The translations under genes and the position numbers were made by a program. The notes below the pieces were generated by a model that saw only the letters and a list, made by a program, of their open reading frames with translations, ran no database searches and was not told where the DNA came from. From Proteromonas lacertae (lineage: Eukaryota): a DNA stretch of 64,000 nucleotides. Every line of letters starts with the position of its first letter. The first letter of the stretch is position 1. The stretch spans positions 62,001 to 126,000 of the forward strand of contig NGBS01000596.1 of assembly GCA_002245135.1 (NCBI GenBank). The letters run 5' to 3'. Shown one piece after another: positions 11,231 through 23,627 of the stretch.

Positions 11231-13102
11231 TTGTTATTTATTTATAAAATTTGTCTTTTGAATGATGTTTGTTTTTGGTGTTGTTATGAATATACAAAAA
11301 GAAAAAATATATATATAATATAGGTTTATGTTATTATGAATTAAATAACACCAGTTTTAACCACAAAGTGAGTATTATCAACTATTCCATGTTTTTCTTT
11401 TAAAGCAACATCTATCAATCCATTATCATTTACATTCATTGTAATTTCAAAATTATAGTCACGAACTGGTCTAGGAGGTAAATCTTTTATAATATAATAA
11501 TATAAGAAAGCACATTTTTCTACCCTATCTTCATCTCCTTGATAAACTTCCCATATTAAAGAAGTACAGTTATCATATGGAGGAATAAAACCATCACGTA
11601 TAATGGAAGTATTATATGGTGTTTTCTTAGGAACTATAATACTCATCTCACCATAATTCACATTAATACCAATTGATTGAGATGTAATATCTTCTACTAA
11701 TATTTTTCTTCCTCTTCCTTTTATTGGAACTTTGAAGCCTGCATTAATTGTAGGATCAGATGAGTCTTCAACTAATACTTTTCTTCCATGATTATTATTA
11801 TTAATCACTCTTTCTCCAATTACATCAAATATTACGATTTTATCAGCTTCATATTTCTCTTTAATTCCTCTGCTTATATCTTCAGCTAATACACCAGCTC
11901 CAATCGCTGCAATTTCTAGTGGATCAAAATACTTGTAGGAATATATTTCCTTATTAAAATAATGTTTTATTTTCTCTCTTACTGATGCTATTCTACTACT
12001 TCCACCTACTAATACTAATTCATTTATATCATTTTTTGTATAACCACTCTCTTTCAAAACTCTACCTACTATAAATAACGTTCTATCAAGTATATTATTA
12101 CATAATCTGTTCAATAATGCTCTAGTTAAATTATTATCAATGTCATTATCATCTAAGCAAACACTTAGCCTTTTCACATGCTTGTCTTAATTTCCATATT
12201 TTCTTTGGATCTTTACTTACATCTATACCTGCATCATTCAGCTTTTTTACATAATAATCTAGCAAAATATTATCAATATCTTCTCCACCTAAATGATTAT
12301 CTCCACCTGTAGCTTTTACAGTTATTTTATTATCCTTTACTTCGATTATACTTACATCAAATGTTCCACTTCCAAAATGATATGCTAAAATTGTTCTATT
12401 TACTTTCTCTTTAACCTATATGAATGCATATGTTAGAGCAGCAGCAGTTGGTTCATTAATGATCTGTAATACATCCAAACCAGCTAATTCACCAGCTTCT
12501 ATTGTTGCTCTTCTTTGTATATCATTAAAATATGCAGGTACTGTTATTACTACATGCTTATTAGTATCACGTGGTACTCCTACTTTATCACAAGCAAGTT
12601 CACCTAATTTCTTTAACACTTCAGCTAATACTTCTTGAGGTTTTAACCTTTTCTGACCTAATACTATTTTAGGATTTCCTTTGTCAGATTCTACTTTAAA
12701 GTCAAAATATTTTAAATCTTGTTCTACCTCTGAGAATTTACGTCCGTTTAATAATTTTGCATCTCTGACTGTTGCAGATATATTTCTTATGATGTTATTC
12801 TTTGCTTCAATACCTACTACAACACCAGAATTTGTATAAGACACAAAAGATGGAATATGAGTTTTACCATCACATCCAACTATCATATTTGTAATCCCAT
12901 TTTTTGAAATACAAGCACAAGAACTAGTTGTGCCTAAATCTACTCCGAAAGTAAATAAATCAGTCATTATTGATGATATTTTATAGATTAATTCTTCCTA
13001 AATGTAAACATATTCTATGAAAATTCACTTAGTTTCAAAATTATGTGATTTAGATAAGTTGTTATTAATTTATATAATTTGTCTTTTGAATAATGTTTGT
13101 TT
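11231..13102. repeat. 44-bp direct repeat (41/44 identical) flanking the Hsp70 pseudogene
   Basis: TTGTTATTTATTTATAAAATTTGTCTTTTGAATGATGTTTGTTT at 11231-11274 versus TTGTTATTAATTTATATAATTTGTCTTTTGAATAATGTTTGTTT at 13059-13102. Confidence 0.85.
11341..12967 (-). pseudogene. intronless, truncated Hsp70-family pseudogene
   Basis: Motifs [29 protein letters not shown] and LVGGSSRI are present. Lesions: in-frame TAG at 12416-12418, DLGGGTFD changed to HFGSGTFD, a deletion with frameshift near 12160, and no C-terminal lid. Confidence 0.8.
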
Positions 13103-13275
13103 ATTTCCAACCATTTTATATTGAGTTGAATTTATATAATAGAATTATATAAAACAAATAATTCAATTTTATGGAAAAGAATAATAATTGAGATTATATA
13201 ATGTATTAGAAATTAGTTAATTTGTTAACATAAACATTAAATAGCAATACAATTACTGATATTAAACAGTTAATA

Positions 13276-14050
13276 TTATATTAAAAGCATTTTGAACATA
13301 TCTAAATTAAGACAATTTAAGAAAGGAAATCTTGTATTATCTTTATTTTCATACTCCTTTTTATAGAAATTTATAATTATTTCCATATTTTCAATCCATA
13401 ATTCATCTTTACAAGTATCTCTTTCACTTTGTAATATTCTTTCCATTATACTAATCTTTTCTTCATAATTATCAAAATTGTAATTTTTATTTCGAATTAT
13501 ACGAGTTGAATATGTACCAATTCCAATAGATGAGAGTATTTTTTGAATTAGTTTGTGATAGTTATTTCTAACTATTGAATGCGTTTGGAATATGTATTGA
13601 TCTTCTAATGTATAGTATGGATATGCTTGATTTTCAACTGGTAACATAATCTATTCATATAAATAATACCATTCATACAGACAGGCATAACGATGTTCTT
13701 AAAGCATCTAAGATAACTGTTGGATCAGATTTCATAAATCCAGAGTAATTAAGGTGAAATTGGTCAAAATAGTATCCATCATAATAAAACTTTTGAATGA
13801 ATGAAGATTTTGGTGATGCACCTGGTAGTATTAATGATGAATCATTTGATAAAAGAGAAGAATCAATCCTTCTTGGACTACTCTTCACATCCGCTGTATC
13901 TGTTGTTGTCACTTGTAGAATGTAGTGTTCATGATTATCATCTAAAATAAGGTCTTCACAAATATTATTTGTCTCATTAGTTATATTCTGATATGTATTA
14001 CTTTTGGTATTGTTTATAACACGCTTTCTGTGAAATAATTTACTTTGCAT
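13276..14050 (-). CDS. hypothetical protein (two exons)
   Basis: ORFs 13673-14050 and 13276-13647 can be joined by a short GT-AG intron near 13650-13680. No family recognised. Confidence 0.45.
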
Positions 14051-14205
14051 TCCAGATTAAACAATCAGAATAATAAGAATAAAGTATTTCAAAAATCGAA
14101 AAATATATCCGTTTTGTAATTTCTGTTTGTTTTTGTAATGCTTGCTGTATAATGATTATTTTATCCAAAAGTCTATTAAACACATAAAAACATATAATTA
14201 TTAAC

Positions 14206-14790
14206 TTATTTTCTTGATACATTAGATAACAATAGTTTTGGTAAATATCCCTTTTCATATTTCTTCCCTGGTATCTGTGTAAAAGGATATAAAGGTTTAA
14301 AAAACGTATATAGCCTGTGCTCATCAATTCTATCCTTATATATCATTTTAACACTTTCACATATCTTTTCAAATGTTGATTTATGTTCAGCTGTCATACC
14401 ATTTTTATTTCTATCCACAACACCTGTAGAATCAACATAATCAAATCCAAAATGATATAAAGCTCTTTCAACTACACTGAAATAGTTGTAAATTATTTGA
14501 TTATCTTTTTGAAACACTTCAACACTTAAAGGTGTCAATTTTGGACCTTCCGCTTGATTAGGAATTGGGAAAAAATACTAAAAAGAATATAAAACTTAAC
14601 AGATAAACAATACTTGAAAAAGAGCAGGTTTTGTGATTATTTGATAAAACTCTTCATTATTACTTTCTATTGTTATATCTTTAGCTAAAAATTGATCTAA
14701 ATCTATTCCATCGACTGGACATAGCCCTTTATAGAATAATATCAATTCTGTTTCCTCTGTTTTAAATTGCTCATAATTTATTGTAGATTC
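14206..14790 (-). CDS. hypothetical protein, paralogue of 2690-3240 (5' end uncertain)
   Basis: ETELILFYK...FFPIPNQAEGPKLTPLSVEVFQKDNQIIYNYFSVVERALYHFGFDYV aligns by eye with the gene at 2690-3240. Confidence 0.6.
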
Positions 14791-15015
14791 TATAAAGATA
14801 ATAATAATAATAATAAAACAAATAATTAAGAGTTCTGTAGATTACAGTAGAAAATCAAATGGTTATAAATTCTAAATTGAATTTATATGCAATAGCTTTA
14901 GTGTTTTATATACATACGTGGTGATTGTGCAAACATATCTTTCTAAAAACCTAAAAAACAAAAATAATCGGTTTGACAATTTTCGGGTCTTAGTTGCATT
15001 ATTGGCTTTTTCTCA

Positions 15016-16566
15016 ATGGCTTCAACACCTGATCCTAGTATAATTATACAAAGTTATATAAAATGTTGAATAGAATACGATCTTACACAAACAATCAGTC
15101 CGTTTTTGGATTTACATATGATGTTCCCAATTCTAGAGTTTTTGAAACAAAAAAAAGTATTATTGCATTATAATTATATAAATACATAGTTATATGGTGA
15201 AGATAATTTAGATAAAGCAACAAAGGAGTTGTTGAACAAAACCTCATTGTCAGAATATGCCCTTTCACATTTGAAGGGCAGTCTATTAACTGCAGAAGAA
15301 AAAACCAATTGGGAAAATAAAAAAGCAGAAAACGAAAAGAAATTAGCAGAATACACAAAAGTAGTTGATATAAAGAATCACGATAGTCATACAATAATAT
15401 CTACAATGATAGAACATAATTCTGATATACTAGACAAACTATTACAAGATAAAACTCAATCATTGATGGATAATCTAAAGATACAATACAATACAGATTT
15501 AGGTTGTTTAACTGAAGCAATGAGAAGATCAAGATTCTTTTACGATATAGGAAAATACGACAAATCATCCAAATACTTGAAATATATAGTGAATATACTT
15601 CCACCGAATTTAAATGATGAAATATTTAAGGATAAAGGATGTAAATCATTATGGGGTTTATTATGTTCATTAATATTGAATCATAATTATGATGAAGCTA
15701 TTGAACCATTTCTACAATTAAGAGATACAATAGATGGAAGGCTTGTATATATTATATTATATTATATTTAATTGTTATATAGCGTAATCCAAATCCAAAA
15801 CAAATATTACAAGAAAGATTATATCTATTACATTGGGGATTATTTTTGTATTTCACAACTAAAACGAATGAACAAAATCTATTCGCTGAATTATGTCTGA
15901 ACATTAATAATAATAATAATAATAATAATTCGTCTACACCAAAAGATGAATATATATCTGCACTACAATCATCAGCTCCATGGTTACTAAGATACCTAAC
16001 ATGTGCAGTTATGATGGAACCAAAGAGGTATAGAACTGGACATATGAAAGAATTATCAAAAGTGTTGAAGTTAGAACAAGATAATTATAGTGATCCAATA
16101 ACTGAATTTATATCATCATTATTAATAAATGTTGATTTTGACAAGGCTCAAAATACTCTTTCAAAATGTGAAGATATTGTTTCAAATGATTTTTTCTTTA
16201 ATTTACAACCTGATTTTGTAAAAGTGTTTATGGATAGCGCTAGGTCTTTAATGTTTGAAACTTATTGTAGAATTCATCAAGTATTAGATCTTACTATGTT
16301 GGCTGGAAAATTGAATTTAAGTGTAGAAGATGCTGAAAAGTGGATAGTTGAATTGATTCGTACCTCTGCACTTAATGTTGATGCTAAAATTGATTCTGAG
16401 AAATCAGTAGTGTATTTAGAAAAGAGTGCTCAAACTATGTATTATTATTGTTGTTATTATTATGTTATATAGATATGAACAAGTGTATGAGAAAGGTAGG
16501 ACTTTATCTGATCGTACTTCGTTAATAGTGAGTAATATTGCTAGAACACATCCATCTACTTATTAA
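15016..16566 (+). CDS. EIF3E: eukaryotic translation initiation factor 3 subunit E
   Basis: YDLTQTISPFLDLHMMFPILEFL N-terminus, then APWLLRYL, YSDPITEF, FETYCRIH and AEKWIVELIR (PCI domain). Four short introns keep the frame. Stop TAA at 16564-16566. Confidence 0.92.
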
Positions 16567-16917
16567 ATGAATTAATTATTATTATTATTATTCAACCTAG
16601 TTTCTATTCAAGGGGCTATATAAATAATCATACTTTTTCATGTAAATAAGACTTTGGTTGTAAATTACAAAATCAACAATATTTCCATTGGTAGTTTGTC
16701 ATTAGAAGATATTATTGCATCAGCATAAATAATATAGATAAAATGTGATAAAATAACTAAACACTACTTAGAAATCACAAATTATAATATTATATAACGG
16801 ATAGTATTTTTGAATAGAAGAATTCTGTTTGAATTTGTTTTTCGTTTTTATCTACCATATCAAGTTTTAGTTAGTATACATATAAATTAATAATTATTTT
16901 GTAAAATATAAGAAAAA

Positions 16918-18204
16918 ATGGTATTTATTAGTATTTCTATGTTAATGTAGATACCTATGCCTAAAAAACGTGTCAGAAAATGTGGATTTCAGCGGCCATT
17001 TTCAACTGATCAAATTATTACATGGGTATTACAGATTCCTTCATTTATCGTATTAAGCATTTATGATGTATTTGAATAGATTTTTCTTGTTGCATCTAGT
17101 TTTTTAGAAGATGAACAACTTCTAATTGTTCATTGTGTTCATGATCCGCTTTTGTTGGTGTTTATAGTAATATACGTGATTCTTGGGTTGATGGATCCAT
17201 CTAAAGAAGTATAAAAATGGTTATTATTTGTATAGAGTTCAATGTTTTTCTGTGGCAAGAAAGAAACTACTTCATTATACTGTAGATATTGTCAGAAACG
17301 TATTCCTGGTTTTGATCATCATTGCACATGGTTGAATACATGTATAGGAAGAAGAAATTACATATTTTTCTACACCTTAGCCACATTAGGTTCAATCTTA
17401 CAAATTATTGAAATAGTCTATACATTATTAATGATAATTGTATGGTACGATACTCATACAGTATGGAGAGTTGTTTTATTATCAATATATTGTGTTTTAC
17501 CAGTTGCTGCGTTAATTAGTTATGGTAGTTTATGGAGTTTCCATACATATACGTTATGTAGAAAAATAACCACTTATCAATATCTCAATAGAAATCGTAA
17601 AAGTAATATCCATGACAGTAGTAATAACAAATTGTCTGAAGAATATAAATCTGCCATTGAAAAGCGAAATAGATTAGAAAGACAACAATGGGAAAATCAA
17701 CACAGTAGTAAAAACAATTCAAAATCGGAAGGTAATATGAATGCTGAAGAAAAGACTGTTGATACAGTCGCCACGAATAATACAAGTGCTACACAATCAG
17801 CTGGTGATATTATCATCAATATAAAAGATAAGAGTGAATCTGATAATATGGGAAGAGAAGAAGAAACAAAGAAAGAAATAGAACAACCAAAGAATAATCA
17901 AACATCTCCAGAAGTTGTGATAGAAATAAAAGATACTCCATCACCACCACCAACTAATAATAATAATAATAATAATAATCAAACAGATTCAAGTAATATA
18001 GAACAAACACAACAAGGACAATTCCATTCAAATACTAATTCACCTGTAAAGAATTCAATGGATGAAGAAAAGGAGGATATTAAAGAAGATGATATTGAAT
18101 TAAAACAAGAAGAACAACAAGTTGAAAAGAATCCACCAACATTAATGGCTATTGAAGAAAATAAAAATGAAAGTAATGAAACTAAACAAGGAGAAGAAGA
18201 ATAA
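16918..18204 (+). CDS. DHHC palmitoyltransferase (ZDHHC1/11-like N-terminus)
   Basis: RKCGFQRPFSTDQ N-terminal motif and the DHHC cysteine-rich domain CRYCQKRIPGFDHHCTWLNTCIGRRNY, followed by TM helices and a low-complexity tail. Confidence 0.88.
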
Positions 18205-18352
18205 GAGAAGAAAGAGTAATTTATGTGTTTTTTTTTTTTGTTTTTTTTTCATTTGTTGATTAATTTTCAATACTTCTACACTAAAATACGATTTTCATCT
18301 TAAACAAAACTGACATTTAATTTATTTTCTAATTATCATCAGATTATATATC

Positions 18353-18923
18353 TTAGAAGCTAGTTTTACTACACAAATCTTCCATTACTTCAAGTCCTTT
18401 CTTTGCATTACCTTGAAATCTTCCTTCAGAAAAATCTTCTACTTTACCACTAATTATAGGTAAGAAAAATTCCATAGTCGCATTTTGTGTAAATAAAGTC
18501 ATATTTGGAGATTGTGGCGATACTACGTATTTACATATCTCAATACTTGAAGATAATGATCTACAAGTTAGATTTTTTGACTCTGCTATAAATGTCTTTG
18601 ATCTTGGGTCGATTTCTATATGTTCTTTGAAACAAGTATGACCATCAATCCCACTTATCTAAATATATGAAAAAATGAATCGATAAATACTTTCTCTAGC
18701 CAGTCTGGAATAGGACTGAAACAAGTCACTAATCTTGTTATTTGTAACTTTCCATCCTTGTCAATATATCTCTCAAGTGTATGAGCACTTTCTACATGAG
18801 CTAATTTGTCGTTTGGGTATTTTCTCCACCAAGCAGCAGTTACAGTCGCCCAATCGTGTCTAATAATTATAATAACATACTGAAATACGCATATGTATGT
18901 GTGTTATGTAAATATCTTACCAT
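18353..18923 (-). CDS. PRELI/MSF1 (Ups/PRELID) mitochondrial lipid-transfer protein
   Basis: Not in the ORF track. Splicing two introns gives MVRYLHNTHTYA|HDWATVTAAWWRKYPND...EHIEIDPRSK...SKNLT...NAKKGLEVMEDLC, which is typical of the PRELI family. Confidence 0.85.
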
Positions 18924-19069
18924 TCTTTACAATAAACAGAGATCTGACAAGAATTGAAGAAAAATAAGAAGAAAATGATTTATTTATTATATTATATTCG
19001 TTTCATATTTCTCAAGTTGAAAGCTTGAGTTTTTAAGATTTTTTTAATTAAATAGGAAGGTAGGAAAGC

Positions 19070-22000
19070 ATGGCACGTGGTGCATTTACTGTAGAACAAG
19101 TTGCAGGAGATACAACAAACGCTAACCCTGTTTCTTGTTTTATAGTTCAAAAGTACTTGTTTGTTGGGTATGATAATGGTTCATTGAAAATATATGAAAG
19201 AAAAACAGGTATCATTTATTTTGTTGAATTATTTAGATGAACCAATTTGCTATTCTGCAATTAAAACTATAGAAAAGCTCAGTGATCGTAAATCTTCTGT
19301 TACAAGTTTATATGCAAATTCTAAATGGGGTGTGCTATTAGCATTAAGAGATAATGGAATTGCAGTATTTTCTTAATTAGTCTATTATATGTGAAATAGA
19401 TACACAGTTTAAGCAGTCTATCATTCATAGGAACACTACCAAAATCAAAAGGATGCACTGTATTTGGTGTAGCTTTAGAACAACAAATCATATTAGTGGC
19501 AGTGAAAAGAAATTTACTGATATATAAATGGGATAATGGAAAACCACAATTATTTAAAGAAACACAACTAATGCGTATATATATATTATATATATATTAT
19601 TATTGCTATAAATATATAGATACACCAAAACATTTCACTTGTTTTAGTGATAGAGCTTGTATTGCTTTTAAAACAAATTATACAATCCTCGATTTAAACA
19701 CTTTTCAAATAACTAAAGATCTGTTCGATATATCAGGTGCACAATTACCACAATCAATAGATGTACAGCCAGGCAGAGAATTTCCAGATGCACGATCTGA
19801 GTTGTGTTTATTAAGAGGTGATAATGGATATTTCGTAGATTATGATGGATTACCTACCAGAAAGACTGGTGAATATTTAGAATATGGAAGTGTGCCTTCT
19901 ATTATCATGTGTTATTATCCATATATAATAGCAATTACAGCACAAGGATTGACAATTATACATAATCTATTAACTTGTTCCATTATTCAAGCATTTGGTA
20001 TAAATGGTAAAACATTGACAATTGGTACATTTGAATATTCACCTGAAGAAACTCGTATATTAATATATTTAATATTATTATTTAAATAGAGAAAGTTGCA
20101 GTTATAATCAGTAGAGAAGGTGTATATGAGTTAAGACTATTACCATGGTTAGATCAAGTAGATGCCATGTGTTGCCATCGTCCTCCACTATATGAAGAAG
20201 CACTAATGATCTGTAAAGTTGCAAAGAATGATATACCAGAAGATCAAGTCAAAGGAATTCATAGTTTATATGGTTATTATTTATTTAGTGATGGTAAATA
20301 TCGAGATGCATCAAGGCAGTTTGAAGAAGCAGAAGAAGATCCAATTAGAGTGATTGAAATGATTCCTGACTTATGTCCTTCATATCATAAAGCTGTTCCT
20401 ACAGATCATGATTTAGTTGAACCGTTAGAAGGTGAAGCGAAGTTGAAAGCTATTAAAACGATGATTCCTTATTTGAATGGTATAAGAGAAGATTTTCCAG
20501 TATTATATATATATATATATATATATTATTACATTTATTGTAAATAGCCTGAAGAATCAATGACTGAGAAACAAAAAGAAGATATAAAATTCATTGATAC
20601 AGTATAAATAGATATATACATTGTATATTAAAAATAGAGTTTATTTAGAGCTTATTTAATAGCAAATAAACAATTATTATTAAATTTCTTCAATCAAAAA
20701 AATCACTGTGATTTTAAAGAAGCTGAAACATTATTAGAAGAGAATAAGCTGTGGGATGAATTACAAGCAGTTTATAAAAGTAAAGGATTACATAGAAAAG
20801 CATTAGATATTATCTCCAATCCAGATAATATTATATCAGCATCAGTATCATCCTATTCAACATCAACAGGTAAAACTATTGAAGACAGTGCGAAGAAATC
20901 AGCAAAACAGACTGCTAGGTATTTAAAAGAATTAGGACAGAAAGATGAAGAATTAATAATGGAATATTCTAGAAATATCTTGTTGAAATATCCAGAAATT
21001 GGTTTAACCATTTTTACAGAAGAATCACCTCAAACCAATGACAAGCCTATCGATCCACAACATATATTAACTCATTTAAAAGCTGTTTATGCAGGTCATA
21101 ATAAGAATGTTCCAATATGGATTCAGAACCTATTACCTATTGAATATTTGAAGTTTATAATACATTATAAGAATGATAATACACCTCAATTTCATACAGA
21201 ATTAATATATTTATATTTAGAGAGTATTTTACCATTACAAGCTCAACCAGAAGAAGAAGCAAAAGTATTGGAAAAGATGAGTATATTTTGTTATTTTTAA
21301 TGTGTTTTTTTTTTAATATATATTATAGAAAAGAATCAAATATTAAGAGGTGGTGAAGAAGGTGGATTATTAGGAGCTTTACACGCTGAATTGTTAGAGT
21401 TTTTAAAATCATCACATTATTATTCAGCAGAACAAATATTGAAAAGATTACCACCAGGACAATTACTAGAAGAACGAGCTGTATATATTATTTATTTATT
21501 TATTAAAAATAGATTATTTTAACAAGAATGGGTCAACATGAAAAAGCTCTTTACATTCATGTTCATAAATTAGGTGATTATGAAATGGCTGAAGATTATT
21601 GTAGTAGATTTTATGATGGTAGAGATCCAAATACAAGAGATATTTATATATCACTAATTAGAGCATTTCTAAGACCTCCTCCGATGAGTGCAGATCGTGT
21701 ACAGAAATTTCTAGAATCTGCTATTGGTGTATTAGAAAGACATTATCATCAAATGGATATTGAAAAAGCATTAACTTTATTTCCGCCTGCTATTCCTTTA
21801 AAAAGACTTGAGCCTTATATTGAATCGGTATTTAGAGGTGCTACTGAATTGAGAAGACAGAATCAAGTTAGTAAACAATTGTCGAAGTATGAAAGAGATT
21901 CTGTTGATTTGGAGTTAATTCAAGCCCAGAAACGACATATTAGGATTACTTCTAGTACTTTGTGCATGGTATGCCATCGTGCAATCGGTAATAGTGCTTT

Positions 22001-22088
22001 TGCTATCTATCCAAACGATACAATTGTTCATTTTTCATGTTGTACTGATAAAAAAGTATGTCCTATAACGAGAGCTAAGTTTTCATAA
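19070..22088 (+). CDS. VPS39: Vps39/Vam6 (TGFBRAP1-like) HOPS/CORVET subunit
   Basis: N-terminal CNH propeller (AVKRNLLIYKW, PYIIA), HRKALDII and FHTELIYLY repeats, EERA|IILTRMGQHEKAL, and a C-terminal zinc motif CMVCHRAIGNSAFAIYPNDTIVHFSC. Confidence 0.85.
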
Positions 22089-22279
22089 TTCATTTGTTTA
22101 ATATATCTTTATATTGGGTTTATATTGAAGAAATATGATATAAGTTTGAATTACGATTCGTGTTTTATGTAACGAATATTTTTGTGATTATTTCAAAATC
22201 TTTTATTTTCAAAAGCACCTGTAAATCATCTATTTTATCTTCTAATTTTATAATATGTGTGGTATATTTGGAGAATATA

Positions 22280-23246
22280 ATGAATAATATACTTAATAAT
22301 TGTGACATTTCAACAATACCTCATAAAAGTGTGTTATACTTTATGGAATTCAACAAAATCATAGGATTATTATCATTACAAAAATGTATATCATTTAAAG
22401 TCAAAGAGTTTACAGATTCTTCACTGATTCTTGAGAAGAATACAGATTCTAAATCTGTAGTTGATGTGTTAACACATAAAAAGATCTTATTAGATGTGTT
22501 TAATGCTAGTGAATACGATCTTTTAAGTAATTTAGTAAATACTACTCCTTCCTTTGAGAACAGTGTAGTGTTACCTGAAGAAGAGATTATAACATTTGAA
22601 GATTCAACCAAAGAGACATATATAAAAGAAAAATATCGAGAATTGAAATATTATAGTCCTAGATTGTATTATAATGGTTTTCATACTACTGATATCATAG
22701 CAAGTATAGTTATTATAATGATTATATATAATTAGTGAATAATATTAAAGGAGAAATTATAGAATATCACAAAAATCACAATGTTAGGTTAAATCTCTAT
22801 AGTATGAAAATAGGTAATTATGAAATGGAGTATTTGTGTGATATTATTAAATTAATGTCGAATTTAAAGACATTAAACTTCAATGGAAATGATATAGAAG
22901 ATGAAGGATTATACTATCTCTCTTCTCATTTTAAATATATTTCTGAACTAGAAACACTCTATTTAAATGGAAATTATATATCCGATGTAGGAATTTCGTA
23001 TTTCTGTGAATCGTGTAGCATTTTGAAGAAATTGAAGGATTTATCACTTTGGAGTATTTATTATATAATATTTATATTGTAGAAAATAATATAACAGATG
23101 TAGGAGGTGAATTATTATCAGAATATCTTCAATTTTGTCCAGATTTGAAGCAGTTATGGATAAATGATAATAATATATTAAACAGAGATGTAATTAAAGA
23201 GAGAATTAAAAGAAATCATCCAAATAGACAAATTATTATAAATTAA
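22280..23246 (+). CDS. leucine-rich repeat (RNI-like) protein
   Basis: Repeats of LKTLNFNGNDIEDEG, LETLYLNGNYISDVG and LKQLWINDNNI, with short introns. Confidence 0.7.
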
Positions 23247-23280
23247 TTATTTATGAGATTGTTTTTTTAAGTAAAATTAA

Positions 23281-23460
23281 TTATTCAATATTTAAGAATT
23301 CTTTTAATAGTTTTATCTTCTGCTATTCCATCTATTTTGATTGTTATGATTGTTGATAATTCATCTAAATAATCAAATACTTCTTTGTTTTCTTTCATTA
23401 ATCTCAATTCATTATCATCTAATTCATTTTTGATATATCTATTCTTATAACGGTTTATAA
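23281..23460 (-). pseudogene. orphan 3' fragment of the kinase-LRR family
   Basis: Near-identical to 25893-26125 (shared TTATTCAATATTTAAGAATT and GATAATTCATCTAAATAATCAAATACTTCTTTGTTTTCTTTCAT) with an internal deletion and no 5' part. Confidence 0.75.
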
Positions 23461-23627
23461 TCTTTCAATCATTATATTAGCATTGTTACAAATCACACTT
23501 CCATCATTATATTAGTAACAATAAGTTAATAATATCATCTACTAAAGATTTTAAGAAAATCATTTTAATTATATGTTTGATTATTGTTTGACACAAAAAT
23601 AACGCATCTAATTTTATAAATCGAAGA

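Noticed and set aside
12416..12418. In-frame TAG in Hsp70 (and TGA at 55437) as a sign of an alternative genetic code
   Set aside because: Long conserved frames (dynein, eIF3e, RPS3, DCAF13) contain no in-frame stops, TAA and TAG end genes normally, and the Hsp70 has other lesions.
16585..16600. TTATTATTCAACCTAG resembling the hAT right end (15/16)
   Set aside because: Half of the match is a TTA microsatellite, and there is no partner TIR, TSD or subterminal GCCC motif.
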